A DNA stretch of 39,430 nucleotides from Candidatus Hydrogenedentota bacterium. GTDB taxonomy: Bacteria > Hydrogenedentota > Hydrogenedentia > Hydrogenedentales > JAEUWI01. Under the pieces are notes generated by a model. The model saw only the letters and a program-made list of their open reading frames with translations. It was not told the origin of the DNA and did no database searches. Within the stretch, counting starts at the first letter, position 1. Every line of letters begins with the position of its first letter. Location of the stretch: positions 1 through 39,430 of the forward strand of contig JAXMOL010000068.1 of assembly GCA_034669905.1 (NCBI GenBank), given 5' to 3'. Position numbers and translations under genes: made by a program. Positions 10,159 through 19,888 of this stretch are shown here, piece after piece.

Positions 10159-10935
10159 CTACCATGACCCCGTCGCACCGCCCCCGCCACCGTAGCTGGA
10201 GTCGCCGCCCCCGCCTCCACTGTCCGAGTCATAGTCGTCCCACGAACCACGTCCCGCGCTGGAACGCTTCGTTTTCGGCGTGAACCAGTTTGGAAAAAAA
10301 ATGAAGCCAATCACGACCATCAACGTCATGATGGACTCCGGCGTCACTATCAACCCATACCAGATCCCCCGCAAAATCTGCCGCCCTGTCAGCGCATAAC
10401 CCTCTCCCTTGGCCAAGTGAATCAAACCATCGACCCCCGATGCAACTCCAGCCGGGTATTCTCCTGCTCTGAATTTGGGCAGGATAAAGCCTTGCATAAT
10501 CTGCTCGCATTGTTCGTCTGCGGTTCCTGCCCAATCGGCACCCAATTCGATGCGCGCTTTCCTGTCTTTCATGGAGACGAATAAAAGCATACCCTTGCGC
10601 CAGGAGGCGCGGTAGTGGAAGTCGTTGTTTCGGCCCCAGGCCTCGAAGGTATTGCGGGCCAGCACTTCGATGGGTGTCCCTTCGCGGGCATACAGCGACA
10701 TGGTATTGATGGCCACAACGATGATGGGAACCCCAGTATCTACGAAAGCCTCCTCACAGCGCGCGGCGATGGCGCGCTCTTCCTCTTGGGGCAACACTGC
10801 AGCACGGTCCATCACCCACTGACCGACGGTTGGCGGCTTGAGTCGAATCAATGCCGTCTCGCTCGGCACTTTGAGCAGGCACAGACTAAACGCTCCTATC
10901 AGACCGACACGCACAGCCATTGAATAATAGGTCAC
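10159..10935 (-). CDS. TPM-domain protein with Gly-rich tail, paralog 1
   Basis: VMDRAAVL, IIVVAI, GMLLFVSMKDRKARIELG, TM, YGGGGGATGSW end; GTG start with GGAGGG RBS. Confidence 0.87.
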   Translation of the reverse strand: MTYYSMAVRVGLIGAFSLCLLKVPSETALIRLKPPTVGQWVMDRAAVLPQEEERAIAARCEEAFVDTGVPIIVVAINTMSLYAREGTPIEVLARNTFEAWGRNNDFHYRASWRKGMLLFVSMKDRKARIELGADWAGTADEQCEQIMQGFILPKFRAGEYPAGVASGVDGLIHLAKGEGYALTGRQILRGIWYGLIVTPESIMTLMVVIGFIFFPNWFTPKTKRSSAGRGSWDDYDSDSGGGGGDSSYGGGGGATGSW

Positions 10936-11009
10936 ACGACCCTCCAGACGTTATGCAAACCCACTTACCCGAGCAGAAATCTGGTCATACTACTGCAGAA
11001 GTTCGTCAT

Positions 11010-11984
<975 letters not shown>

Positions 11985-12076
11985 AGGCGAGGACCTTCTG
12001 ATGGGATGACGTGACACCCAAGGGTTATACCATAGAACGCTTTGGAACTGGCGTTGGCCGCAGCGAAAAACGGTTG

Positions 12077-12152
12077 AACCACGAATGAACACGAATTTAC
12101 ACGAATTGTGCGGGTAGTAGTTGTTTTTCCGTGTCTTTCCGTGCCTTCCGTG
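12077..12152. repeat. 10-bp-period CACGAAT repeat facing a related TTCCGTG repeat
   Basis: AACCACGAATGAACACGAATTTACACGAAT (12077-12106) then TTCCGTG x3 (12127-12152). Confidence 0.8.
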
Positions 12153-12270
12153 AGCAACGGATTCGGAATAGAGCGAAGGCTGCTTCACGATTGTAACCAT
12201 TATTATGACAAGGTAGTAGAATCAATTGGATAGTAGTTCGAAGGGAAAAATGAAGAGTAATCTGACGTGT

Positions 12271-12481
12271 CCAACAGGGGGTTGACCATTCCTGGTCGAC
12301 ACAAAAAGGTACGTTAATACGCGCACCCACTTGGCGCAGCGCAAAGGGAGGAACTGCCCAAGCCTGGGGCTCGGGACGCCACGTTGCCTGGGAAACATCA
12401 CGGGCCCGATGGATACGGAAGTGGGCGGTATGTCGACCAGGTCGTAGACGCGCCGTGGCGGGAATGGTCAACCCCCGTTGG
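12271..12481. repeat. Long inverted repeat, right arm interrupted by 21 nt
   Basis: CCAACAGGGGGTTGACCATTCCTGGTCGACA (12271-12301) is complementary to TGTCGACCA (12431-12439) plus GGAATGGTCAACCCCCGTTGG (12461-12481). Confidence 0.75.
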
Positions 12482-12572
12482 CAGGCGTCGTTTCGCCGGG
12501 GGCAACTGGTTTTTGTCTGTCGACGCTTTTTCGCAGACAGGAATGGCTGCGTCCCTGTGTACGTCTCTGAGG

Positions 12573-14018
12573 TCAGGGGCGGGTCTGTGTGGCCGCCTCG
12601 ATGGCCGCGAGCTGGGCTTCCATCTCGGCCACCTTTTCCGGCAGCTCGAGATAGCGGTTTTTCAATTCGCCGGGATCTTCGTCCAGATTATAGAGTTGTC
12701 CCGTGGGGCCACCGGGAGTCGGCTTTATCGTGCGGGGTTTGCTGAAGCCGCCGGAACCCAGTGCGTTGATGAATTTCCACGGTCCGTCGCGAAGCATTCT
12801 GGCACCGGTGGCCGACTCGAGGGCCAGATGTTTTCGCACGGGCTCCCCGTCGGGCTGGGTCCCCCGCAACACGGAGAGAAAACTGAAGCTGTCGGGCCCG
12901 GCACCTTCGGGCAGGGGCGCGCCCGTAAGTTCGGCGAAGGTCGCGAGGAAGTCGACGAAGGAAATCATCTGATCGCTGGTGGAGCCTGGGGCCACTTCCC
13001 CGGGCCAGCGGACAATGAAGGGCATGCGGTGTCCATTCTCCCAGGCATCCCCCTTCATGCCCCGGAGGCCGCCCGAGGCGTCATGGCCAAGACGGGCCAC
13101 ATCCTCTTCGTACCAGACGGGACCATTGTCCGAACTGAATATCAACAGGGTGTCGTCGGAGAGGCCGTGGGTATCCAAGGCCTGGAGTACCCGACCAATC
13201 TGGGCATCGACCATCATCAGAAAATCGCCGTACATACCCGCCCCACTCTTACCGACATATTCGGGAGACGGGAGCCAGGGCGTATGGGGTGCGGGGTAGG
13301 CGAGATAGAGCATGAGGGGTTTGTTGCGATCCGCTTCTTCAATCACGGTGATGGCTTCGTCGGTAAACTTCGGCAGCACGTCTTTCAACACGAGGTCGGG
13401 CGCAATGCCACCCTCCCGCCAGAAGGCCCCCTGTACCGGCGACCAGCCTTCGCTGTTGTTGGCCGCGATAAAACTAGAGGGTGGCTGGACCACGCGATCG
13501 CCGCGAATGTAGAAGTAGGGCGGGATATCGGTGGAAGCCCGGATGCCGAAATAGCGGTCAAAACCCCGGTCGATAGGGCCACCGGGCAGGGGCTTGTCGT
13601 AGCCGTCTTCCTTAAATCCCACATGCCACTTCCCGACCATGGCGGTCTGGTAGCCCTGGCCTTGGAGCAAGGAGGCGATGGTCATCTGGTCGGCATCGAT
13701 GAGGGGCCGTTCCCGCCAGGGTTTCACGTCGGTGCGAAAGGGATAGCGCCCGGTGAGAAGGCCATAGCGCGACATGTGACACAAGGGGCCAGGTGCGTGG
13801 GCATCGGTGAAGCGCATGCCCGCCGCCGCCAGGCGGTCTATATGGGGCGTGGGAATTTTGGAGTCGGGATTGAAAGAGCCCGGGTCGCCATAGCCCATGT
13901 CATCGACGAGGATGATGACGATGTTGGGGGTGGCGTTGGCGGCATGGGCGGCAAGACCGAACAGAGCCGTCCCGCTGAACAATGCCACTATGATGTGGAA
14001 CAGGCCGATTCTTTTCAT
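12573..14018 (-). CDS. Arylsulfatase A-like sulfatase (S1 family)
   Basis: Signal peptide; PNIVIILVDDMGYGD, TPHIDRLAAAG, CHMSRYGLLTGR, GKWH, PHTP, SSDNG, ENGHRMP, QLYNLDEDPGE; ATG 14018 with AGGAG RBS. Confidence 0.93.
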   Translation of the reverse strand: MKRIGLFHIIVALFSGTALFGLAAHAANATPNIVIILVDDMGYGDPGSFNPDSKIPTPHIDRLAAAGMRFTDAHAPGPLCHMSRYGLLTGRYPFRTDVKPWRERPLIDADQMTIASLLQGQGYQTAMVGKWHVGFKEDGYDKPLPGGPIDRGFDRYFGIRASTDIPPYFYIRGDRVVQPPSSFIAANNSEGWSPVQGAFWREGGIAPDLVLKDVLPKFTDEAITVIEEADRNKPLMLYLAYPAPHTPWLPSPEYVGKSGAGMYGDFLMMVDAQIGRVLQALDTHGLSDDTLLIFSSDNGPVWYEEDVARLGHDASGGLRGMKGDAWENGHRMPFIVRWPGEVAPGSTSDQMISFVDFLATFAELTGAPLPEGAGPDSFSFLSVLRGTQPDGEPVRKHLALESATGARMLRDGPWKFINALGSGGFSKPRTIKPTPGGPTGQLYNLDEDPGELKNRYLELPEKVAEMEAQLAAIEAATQTRP

Positions 14019-14110
14019 GCGATGCAATCTCCTGACATCCTTGCCCATCACGCTGGCTGACCACGAACCGATCAGCGTTTCGCCATCGAACTCCAATCAC
14101 TCAAAAAAAA

Positions 14111-14197
14111 TCTAACCACGAATGAACACTAATTGACACGAATAGTTTCATCCTCAGCCCTATAATTCGTGTATATTCGTGTTCATTCGTGGTTAGA
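14111..14197. repeat. Hairpin built from 10-bp-period CACGAAT repeats
   Basis: TCTAACCACGAATGAACACTAATTGACACGAAT (14111-14143) and its inverse complement at 14165-14197 (30/33 match), 21-nt loop. Confidence 0.9.
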
Positions 14198-14220
14198 ACT
14201 CTTGGGACTTCGCATCCCGT

Positions 14221-14433
14221 TCATGCGAATTCGAGACGGCGGCCCTTGGGCACCGGAATCGGGTCGCCGAATTCCTCCGCCGTTTCCAGCCATAATCTCA
14301 TCGCCACCTTGGAATTGGCCAACGCATCCTCCTGCGAGGTGCCATGGGCGACACAACCGGAAAGCTCGGGAACCTCGGCAATGTAGGCCCGATCCTTATC
14401 GCTCCAATATATAATGACTTCATACTTTTCCAT
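14221..14433 (-). CDS. hicB: HicB-family antitoxin (short form)
   Basis: YEVIIYWSDKDRAYIAEVPELSGCVAHGTSQEDAL...WLETAEEFGDPIPVPKG. Confidence 0.92.
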   Translation of the reverse strand: MEKYEVIIYWSDKDRAYIAEVPELSGCVAHGTSQEDALANSKVAMRLWLETAEEFGDPIPVPKGRRLEFA

Positions 14434-14519
14434 CAGATTTCGTCTCCAAGGTCGTACTCTAGGATGATATCACGGATTTGCCTGACCTGGTATGGCTTTG
14501 CATGATGGCCATCGCGCAG
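14433..14519 (-). pseudogene. 5'-truncated HicA toxin remnant
   Basis: Own translation LRDGHHAKPYQVRQIRDIILEYDLGDEI*, matching the AKPYQV(K/R)Q C-terminus of HicA-like toxins; stop overlaps the hicB ATG; in-frame stop at 14538-14540 upstream and no ATG/GTG/TTG start in between. Confidence 0.8.
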
Positions 14520-14624
14520 CGCAGAGTGGCAGGGATATCAGGCGTTGAATACGATCAATTAAAGCGCGCGAATCTGATCCTCAATGCAAGATACTCCTCA
14601 CCCCGGAATCTAAAAGAAAGAGCC

Positions 14625-14775
14625 TGAACGACGGAAAGGACTTAAAGGACGGGGACTTGGAACTGCCACTGTCGTGCTAAGGACGGAGCGGGAGTCTTAG
14701 CCTCGTGTCATGGCAAAGCTGCGACTCCAACCGTCTTTTTCGTCCCTTGGGTCCTTTAGGTCCTTTCCGCGTTCA
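14625..14775. repeat. 151-bp element with ~25-bp terminal inverted repeats made of 9-bp AAAGGAC units (MITE/REP-like)
   Basis: TGAACGACGGAAAGGACTTAAAGGAC (14625-14650) versus GTCCTTTAGGTCCTTTCCGCGTTCA (14751-14775): one indel, one mismatch. Confidence 0.8.
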
Positions 14776-14783
14776 ATTTAATC

Positions 14784-15713
14784 TTACAGTGCCACAAACC
14801 CGTCCATGGGCTTGGAAACGGCCTCGGTGAGGTAGGCTTCGTCGCCTCCCCGGACTTCCGCGGCGATATAGCCTTCATAACCCACCTCGTCAAAGGCGGT
14901 CATGACGGCGGGCCAGTCCACGTCGCCCTTGCCCAGTTCCACAAAGGAATTGGTTTTCCGCTCGAAGTCCTTGATGTCGACCCGGGCGATGCGCTTGCCC
15001 AGGGTGCGGATCCAGTCTTCGGGATAGGCGAACTGCACCACATTACCCACGTCGAACCAGAACTGGACCCGCTTACTGCCGATTTCATCGATGAACGCGG
15101 CCGCTTCCAGAGGGCTTAAGAGGAACTTGTTCCAGACGTTTTCAATACCGATGGTGATGTCCATCTTCTCCGCGTCTTCCGCCAGCATCTTAATCCGTTC
15201 CACCGAGCGGGTCCACGCATCGGCATAGCGGGTCTGGGGATTGACCACCGCCGGCACGAGGAGGACCATGTCGCCGCCCAGGGCCTTTGCATTCTTCATG
15301 CTGAGGCGCATGTCTTCGATGGTCTGCTCATAGACCGCCGGGTCGACATCGCTGAGGGGCTTGCCCCAGTGCTTGGAACAGACGATGGCATCCACGGGAA
15401 ACTCGTGCTTTTCGATGGCCTTGGCATATTCGGACAAGGTGCCGTCGTCATAGATGGTGCCCGGCTCCACACTGGCAAAGCCTGCGCGCTTGGCCATGGC
15501 GAAGCGCTCGTCGATGCTGATGGGATTTCCGTCGCCATCCTTATTGGCAATCATGCCCATCTTAAGCGACTTGATCATATTGCGTTTCGGAGCCGCAACG
15601 GCGGGTTTTCCCGACGCGGTGAGCACGGCAGCCGCGGCACCGGCGGCCAGGGTGCTGGTGGTAATGAATTCGCGGCGGCCCATAGCCGGGCGGGGCAGGT
15701 GTGATTGACTCAT
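14784..15713 (-). CDS. Tat-exported sugar phosphate isomerase/epimerase (xylose-isomerase-like TIM barrel)
   Basis: GRREFI twin-arginine signal; IGIENVWNKFL, FDVGN, DIKD, GDVDW, AEV metal-binding motifs. Confidence 0.88.
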   Translation of the reverse strand: MSQSHLPRPAMGRREFITTSTLAAGAAAAVLTASGKPAVAAPKRNMIKSLKMGMIANKDGDGNPISIDERFAMAKRAGFASVEPGTIYDDGTLSEYAKAIEKHEFPVDAIVCSKHWGKPLSDVDPAVYEQTIEDMRLSMKNAKALGGDMVLLVPAVVNPQTRYADAWTRSVERIKMLAEDAEKMDITIGIENVWNKFLLSPLEAAAFIDEIGSKRVQFWFDVGNVVQFAYPEDWIRTLGKRIARVDIKDFERKTNSFVELGKGDVDWPAVMTAFDEVGYEGYIAAEVRGGDEAYLTEAVSKPMDGFVAL

Positions 15714-16185
15714 GGTTTGGATTGAACTCCCAGGTTATTTCCACATCGTGGGTTGTTAAGCGAAATTAGATAGTAGCAGGAACCAACGGGACGATCCACG
15801 CTGCGAGCCGGCCTTCGCCGGGGGCAGAAAAAGACATCGGCGCAGTTCGCGGGAAGCTTCCGTTTCCATGCCCCGTGCCGATGTGCTAAAATAAGGACTT
15901 ACGCACATTCCATTCTTGGGACGGGTGTGTGTTTCGCCGTCATTTGGCCCGACGGGAATAAATCGTAAGTCCATGCTGTTACCTGTGTTGTGGACCTGCC
16001 AAACAGGTCTTTCAAGGGTAAGAGCATCCGCAGCCCGGCTCGGGTGCCGTCCGAGACGGTCCACATTCCCTTCATACACATGGCCCGTTGCACCTGCGGG
16101 ATGAATACCAGGCGCCCCAAAATCCGATACGACAAACGCTACCGATAGAGTCACTTCTATTGGGTCGCAGTACAGGAGAGTAGAT

Positions 16186-17685
16186 ATGGCTTCCCCCTCC
16201 GGAAATCTGGAAACAGCCCAATATACCGGCACCCGCGTGGAACAGAGTAATCAGCGCGCCGCCGAAGCCGCTCAGCGGGAGTATAAATATGGCTGGACTT
16301 CCGATATCGAGTCCGAGACCATTCCGGTCGGCTTGAACGAAGACGTCATTCGTCTGATTTCCGAAAAGAAACAAGAGCCCGAGTGGATGTTGGAATGGCG
16401 GCTCAAGGCCTATGAAGCGTGGAAGCGTTTCGACGGCGAAGAGCCGACCTGGGCCAAGGTCCATTATGAAAAGCCCGACTTTCAGGCTATCAGCTACTAT
16501 TCCGCTCCCAAGGAAAAGAAAAAGCTCAACAGCCTCGACGAAGTCGATCCCGAAATGCTCGCAACCTTCGAGAAGCTCGGCATCCCCCTTCAGGAGCAGA
16601 AGCGCCTGAGCAACGTGGCCGTCGACGCCGTCTATGACAGTGTCTCCGTCGTCACGACCCACAAAGATATCCTGGCGAAGCGCGGTATCATCTTCTGCAG
16701 TATGTCGGAGGCCCTCCGCGACCACCCCGAACTGGTGAAGAAATACATCGGCTCGGTGGTGCCCCAGGGAGATAATTTCTATGCGGCCCTGAACTCCGCC
16801 GTATTCAGTGATGGTTCCTTTGTGTACATCCCGAAGAACACCAAGTGCCCCATGGACCTGTCCACCTATTTCCGGATCAACCAGGAAAACACGGGCCAGT
16901 TTGAGCGGACCCTGATCGTGGCCGACGAGGGTGCGACGGTCAACTATCTCGAAGGCTGCACGGCCCCCATGCGCGACGAAAATCAGTTGCACGCGGCCGT
17001 GGTCGAAATCGTCGCCCTCAAAGGGGCCACGGTGCGCTACTCCACGGTGCAGAACTGGTATGCCGGCGACACCGAAGGCAAAGGCGGCATTTATAACTTT
17101 GTAACCAAGCGGGGCCGTTGCGAAGACAATGCCCGCATTTCCTGGACCCAGGTCGAGACGGGCTCTGCGGTGACGTGGAAATATCCGAGCTGCATTCTCA
17201 AGGGTGACAATTCCGTGGGCGAGTTTTACTCGGTGGCCCTGACCAACAATCATCAGCAGGCCGACACGGGCACGAAGATGATTCACCTGGGCAAGAACAC
17301 GAAGAGCACCATCATCTCCAAGACCATCTCGGCTGGTAAAAGCGACAGCAGCTACCGCGGCCTGGTACAGGTCATGCCCAAGGCGGTGAACAGCCGGAGT
17401 TACACCCAGTGTGACTCCCTGCTCATCGGTAATGAGTGTGGCGCCCACACCTTTCCCTATATCAACGTGCGCAATCACTCCTCTTCGGTGGAGCACGAAG
17501 CGTCTACGTCTAAAATCAGTGAAGACCAATTGTTTTATTGCCAATCCCGAGGTATAAGCCAGGAAGACGCCATTTCCATGGTGGTAAACGGCTTCTGTAA
17601 GGAAGTCTTCGATCACCTGCCCATGGAATTTGCCGTGGAAGCCTCGAATCTATTGAGCCTGAGCCTCGAAGGGAGCGTCGGATAA
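16186..17685 (+). CDS. sufB: Fe-S cluster assembly protein SufB
   Basis: [81 protein letters not shown]. Confidence 0.97.
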   Translation: MASPSGNLETAQYTGTRVEQSNQRAAEAAQREYKYGWTSDIESETIPVGLNEDVIRLISEKKQEPEWMLEWRLKAYEAWKRFDGEEPTWAKVHYEKPDFQAISYYSAPKEKKKLNSLDEVDPEMLATFEKLGIPLQEQKRLSNVAVDAVYDSVSVVTTHKDILAKRGIIFCSMSEALRDHPELVKKYIGSVVPQGDNFYAALNSAVFSDGSFVYIPKNTKCPMDLSTYFRINQENTGQFERTLIVADEGATVNYLEGCTAPMRDENQLHAAVVEIVALKGATVRYSTVQNWYAGDTEGKGGIYNFVTKRGRCEDNARISWTQVETGSAVTWKYPSCILKGDNSVGEFYSVALTNNHQQADTGTKMIHLGKNTKSTIISKTISAGKSDSSYRGLVQVMPKAVNSRSYTQCDSLLIGNECGAHTFPYINVRNHSSSVEHEASTSKISEDQLFYCQSRGISQEDAISMVVNGFCKEVFDHLPMEFAVEASNLLSLSLEGSVG

Positions 17686-18453
17686 ATGCTCGAAGTCAAG
17701 AACCTCAAAGTGTCTGTTGATGACAACCAAATCCTCAACGGTATCAATCTCTCGGTCAAACCCGGTGAAGTGCACGCCATCATGGGGCCCAACGGCTCCG
17801 GCAAAAGCACGCTGGCCCAGGTACTCGCCGGCCACGACGCCTATGACGTGGACGAAGAAGAGAGCAGCGTCACCTTCCTGGAGCAGGATCTGCTGGAAAT
17901 GCCCGCCGAAGAGCGCGCGCGCCTCGGCATGTTCCTGGCCTTCCAGTATCCGGTCGAGATTCCCGGTATTACGAACAGCTACTTCCTCAAGGCAGCGGTG
18001 AACGAAATCCGCACCAGCCGGGGCATGGAAGAGTTGGACGCCATGGACTTCGCCGACTTGCTCAAGGAAAAGATGGAGCTCATCAATGTGAACCCCAGCT
18101 TTGCCGAGCGCTTTGTAAACTTTGGCTTCTCCGGTGGTGAAAAGAAGCGGAACGAAATCCTCCAGCTCGCCATCATGGAGCCCCGGCTCGCCATCCTTGA
18201 TGAAACGGACTCCGGCCTCGATATCGACGCCCTCCGCATCGTTTCGGAAGGGGTCAACAAGCTGCGCACGGCCAACCGCGCCTTCATCGTGGTGACCCAC
18301 TACCAGCGCCTCCTCGAACACATCGTCCCGGATTTCGTGCACGTGCTCTACAAGGGCCGTATCGTGAAGTCGGGCGGCAAGGAACTGGCCCTCGAACTGG
18401 AAGACAAAGGCTACGACTGGCTTCGGGAAGAAGAAGAGGCGGTCGCAACCTGA
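17686..18453 (+). CDS. sufC: Fe-S cluster assembly ATPase SufC
   Basis: GPNGSGKST, FLAFQYPVEIPG, FSGGEKKRNEI, LDETDSGLDIDAL, VTHYQRLL. Confidence 0.97.
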   Translation: MLEVKNLKVSVDDNQILNGINLSVKPGEVHAIMGPNGSGKSTLAQVLAGHDAYDVDEEESSVTFLEQDLLEMPAEERARLGMFLAFQYPVEIPGITNSYFLKAAVNEIRTSRGMEELDAMDFADLLKEKMELINVNPSFAERFVNFGFSGGEKKRNEILQLAIMEPRLAILDETDSGLDIDALRIVSEGVNKLRTANRAFIVVTHYQRLLEHIVPDFVHVLYKGRIVKSGGKELALELEDKGYDWLREEEEAVAT

Positions 18454-18560
18454 TTCGCAGGCCCCTGCCCCCGGGCACGGCCTCACCCGTAATCTGGTTG
18501 ATTTTTTTCGTAAAGCAGGTGTGGCGGAGCAGTCCTCCGTGTACACCGCTGGAGCATAGC

Positions 18561-19880
18561 ATGTCAGAAGCTACCGCATTAAAACCCCAAGAGCGCTACC
18601 TCGCGGACCTTGCGCAGCAGGATGGAAACGGCCACGCCACGTGGCTGCGCGACATCCATGCTGAGGGCAAAGCTGCGCTGGAAGCGACGACGTTCCCCCA
18701 CAGCAAGATGGAAGAATGGCGCCACACCAATATTGGCCCCATCACCAACACGCACTATGGCCGCCCCCAACCGCTCAGCAACAACACGCTGACGGCGTCA
18801 GCCCTGACGGACGTGAGTTTCGCCGAAGCCGGCTGGGTTGAACTGGTTTTTGTAGACGGCCAGTTCAGCAGTGCCCTCTCTCAGGTCCCGGCCCTGCCCG
18901 ATGGCGTTGTCGTCGGCGGCTTGCTCGCAAATCAGGATTCCGCGGCGCTGCAACAACACGCCCACAAAATCGCACAGAACCGCAATGCCTACACGGCGCT
19001 GAACGCCGCCTTTCTGCAGGATGGTGCTTTCGTTTTCGTGCCGAAGAAGGTCGTAGTCGAAACACCCATCCACTTGCTCTTTGTCAGCACCACCGGCCTT
19101 TCCGGTGCAGCGGCCCATGTACGGAATGTCATCGCCCTGGAAGAGAGCAGTGCGGCCACCGTCACGACCTCCTATGTGGGGCTCGACGCCGACACCGACT
19201 ACCTGAACAACATCGTGGAAGAAATCTACGTGGGGGCCAACGCCCAGTTGACCACCTATAAGACCGTCAAAGAAGGCGCGGCAGGCAACCACCTGGCGAC
19301 TTCTGAAGTCCTGCAGGACCGGGACAGCCGCCTCACGGCGCTCGTGGTCAGCCAGGAAGGTAAGGTCACGCGCAATCAGAGCTGTGTGAAATTTGCTGCG
19401 GAAGGCGCCGAGTGCGCATTGCACGGCTTATATCTAAATGATGGCGCACGGTTGATTGATAACGTGCTGAACATCCACCATGCCGCGCCCCACTGCAACA
19501 GCCGCATTGCCTATAAGGGCATCCTCGACGGCAAGAGCAAGACGGTCTTTACCGGCAAGGTGAATGTGGACCAGATCGCCCAGCAGACCGACTCGGACCA
19601 GTTGAGCAACAACCTGCTCCTTTCCGATGATGCCACGCTGGACACGAAACCCCAGTTGGAAATCTATGCGGACGATGTAAAGTGTACCCACGGTGCCACC
19701 GTCGGCTCCCACCCGGATGAGATTATTTTCTACTTCCGGAGCAGGGGCATTGACGAAGCAACCGCCCGGGGCATGTTGACCTTTGGCTTCGCCGATGAAG
19801 TAATCAGCGAAATTGAGGCCGACGCCCTGCGCGATCGCCTGGAAGCGTATATCTTCGACAAATACAGTCCGAAACAATAG
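18561..19880 (+). CDS. sufD: Fe-S cluster assembly protein SufD
   Basis: EEWRHT, ALNAAF, KPQLEIYADDVKCTHGATVG, FYFRSRGI; ATG 18561 with GGAG RBS preferred over 18498. Confidence 0.95.
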   Translation: MSEATALKPQERYLADLAQQDGNGHATWLRDIHAEGKAALEATTFPHSKMEEWRHTNIGPITNTHYGRPQPLSNNTLTASALTDVSFAEAGWVELVFVDGQFSSALSQVPALPDGVVVGGLLANQDSAALQQHAHKIAQNRNAYTALNAAFLQDGAFVFVPKKVVVETPIHLLFVSTTGLSGAAAHVRNVIALEESSAATVTTSYVGLDADTDYLNNIVEEIYVGANAQLTTYKTVKEGAAGNHLATSEVLQDRDSRLTALVVSQEGKVTRNQSCVKFAAEGAECALHGLYLNDGARLIDNVLNIHHAAPHCNSRIAYKGILDGKSKTVFTGKVNVDQIAQQTDSDQLSNNLLLSDDATLDTKPQLEIYADDVKCTHGATVGSHPDEIIFYFRSRGIDEATARGMLTFGFADEVISEIEADALRDRLEAYIFDKYSPKQ

Positions 19881-19888
19881 GGTGTATT

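Noticed and set aside
15975..16120. 6S RNA or SAM riboswitch call from motifs TTCAAGGG and CCGTCCGAGA
   Set aside because: Motif order and conserved cores do not fit these families by eye; kept only as an unassigned structured region.
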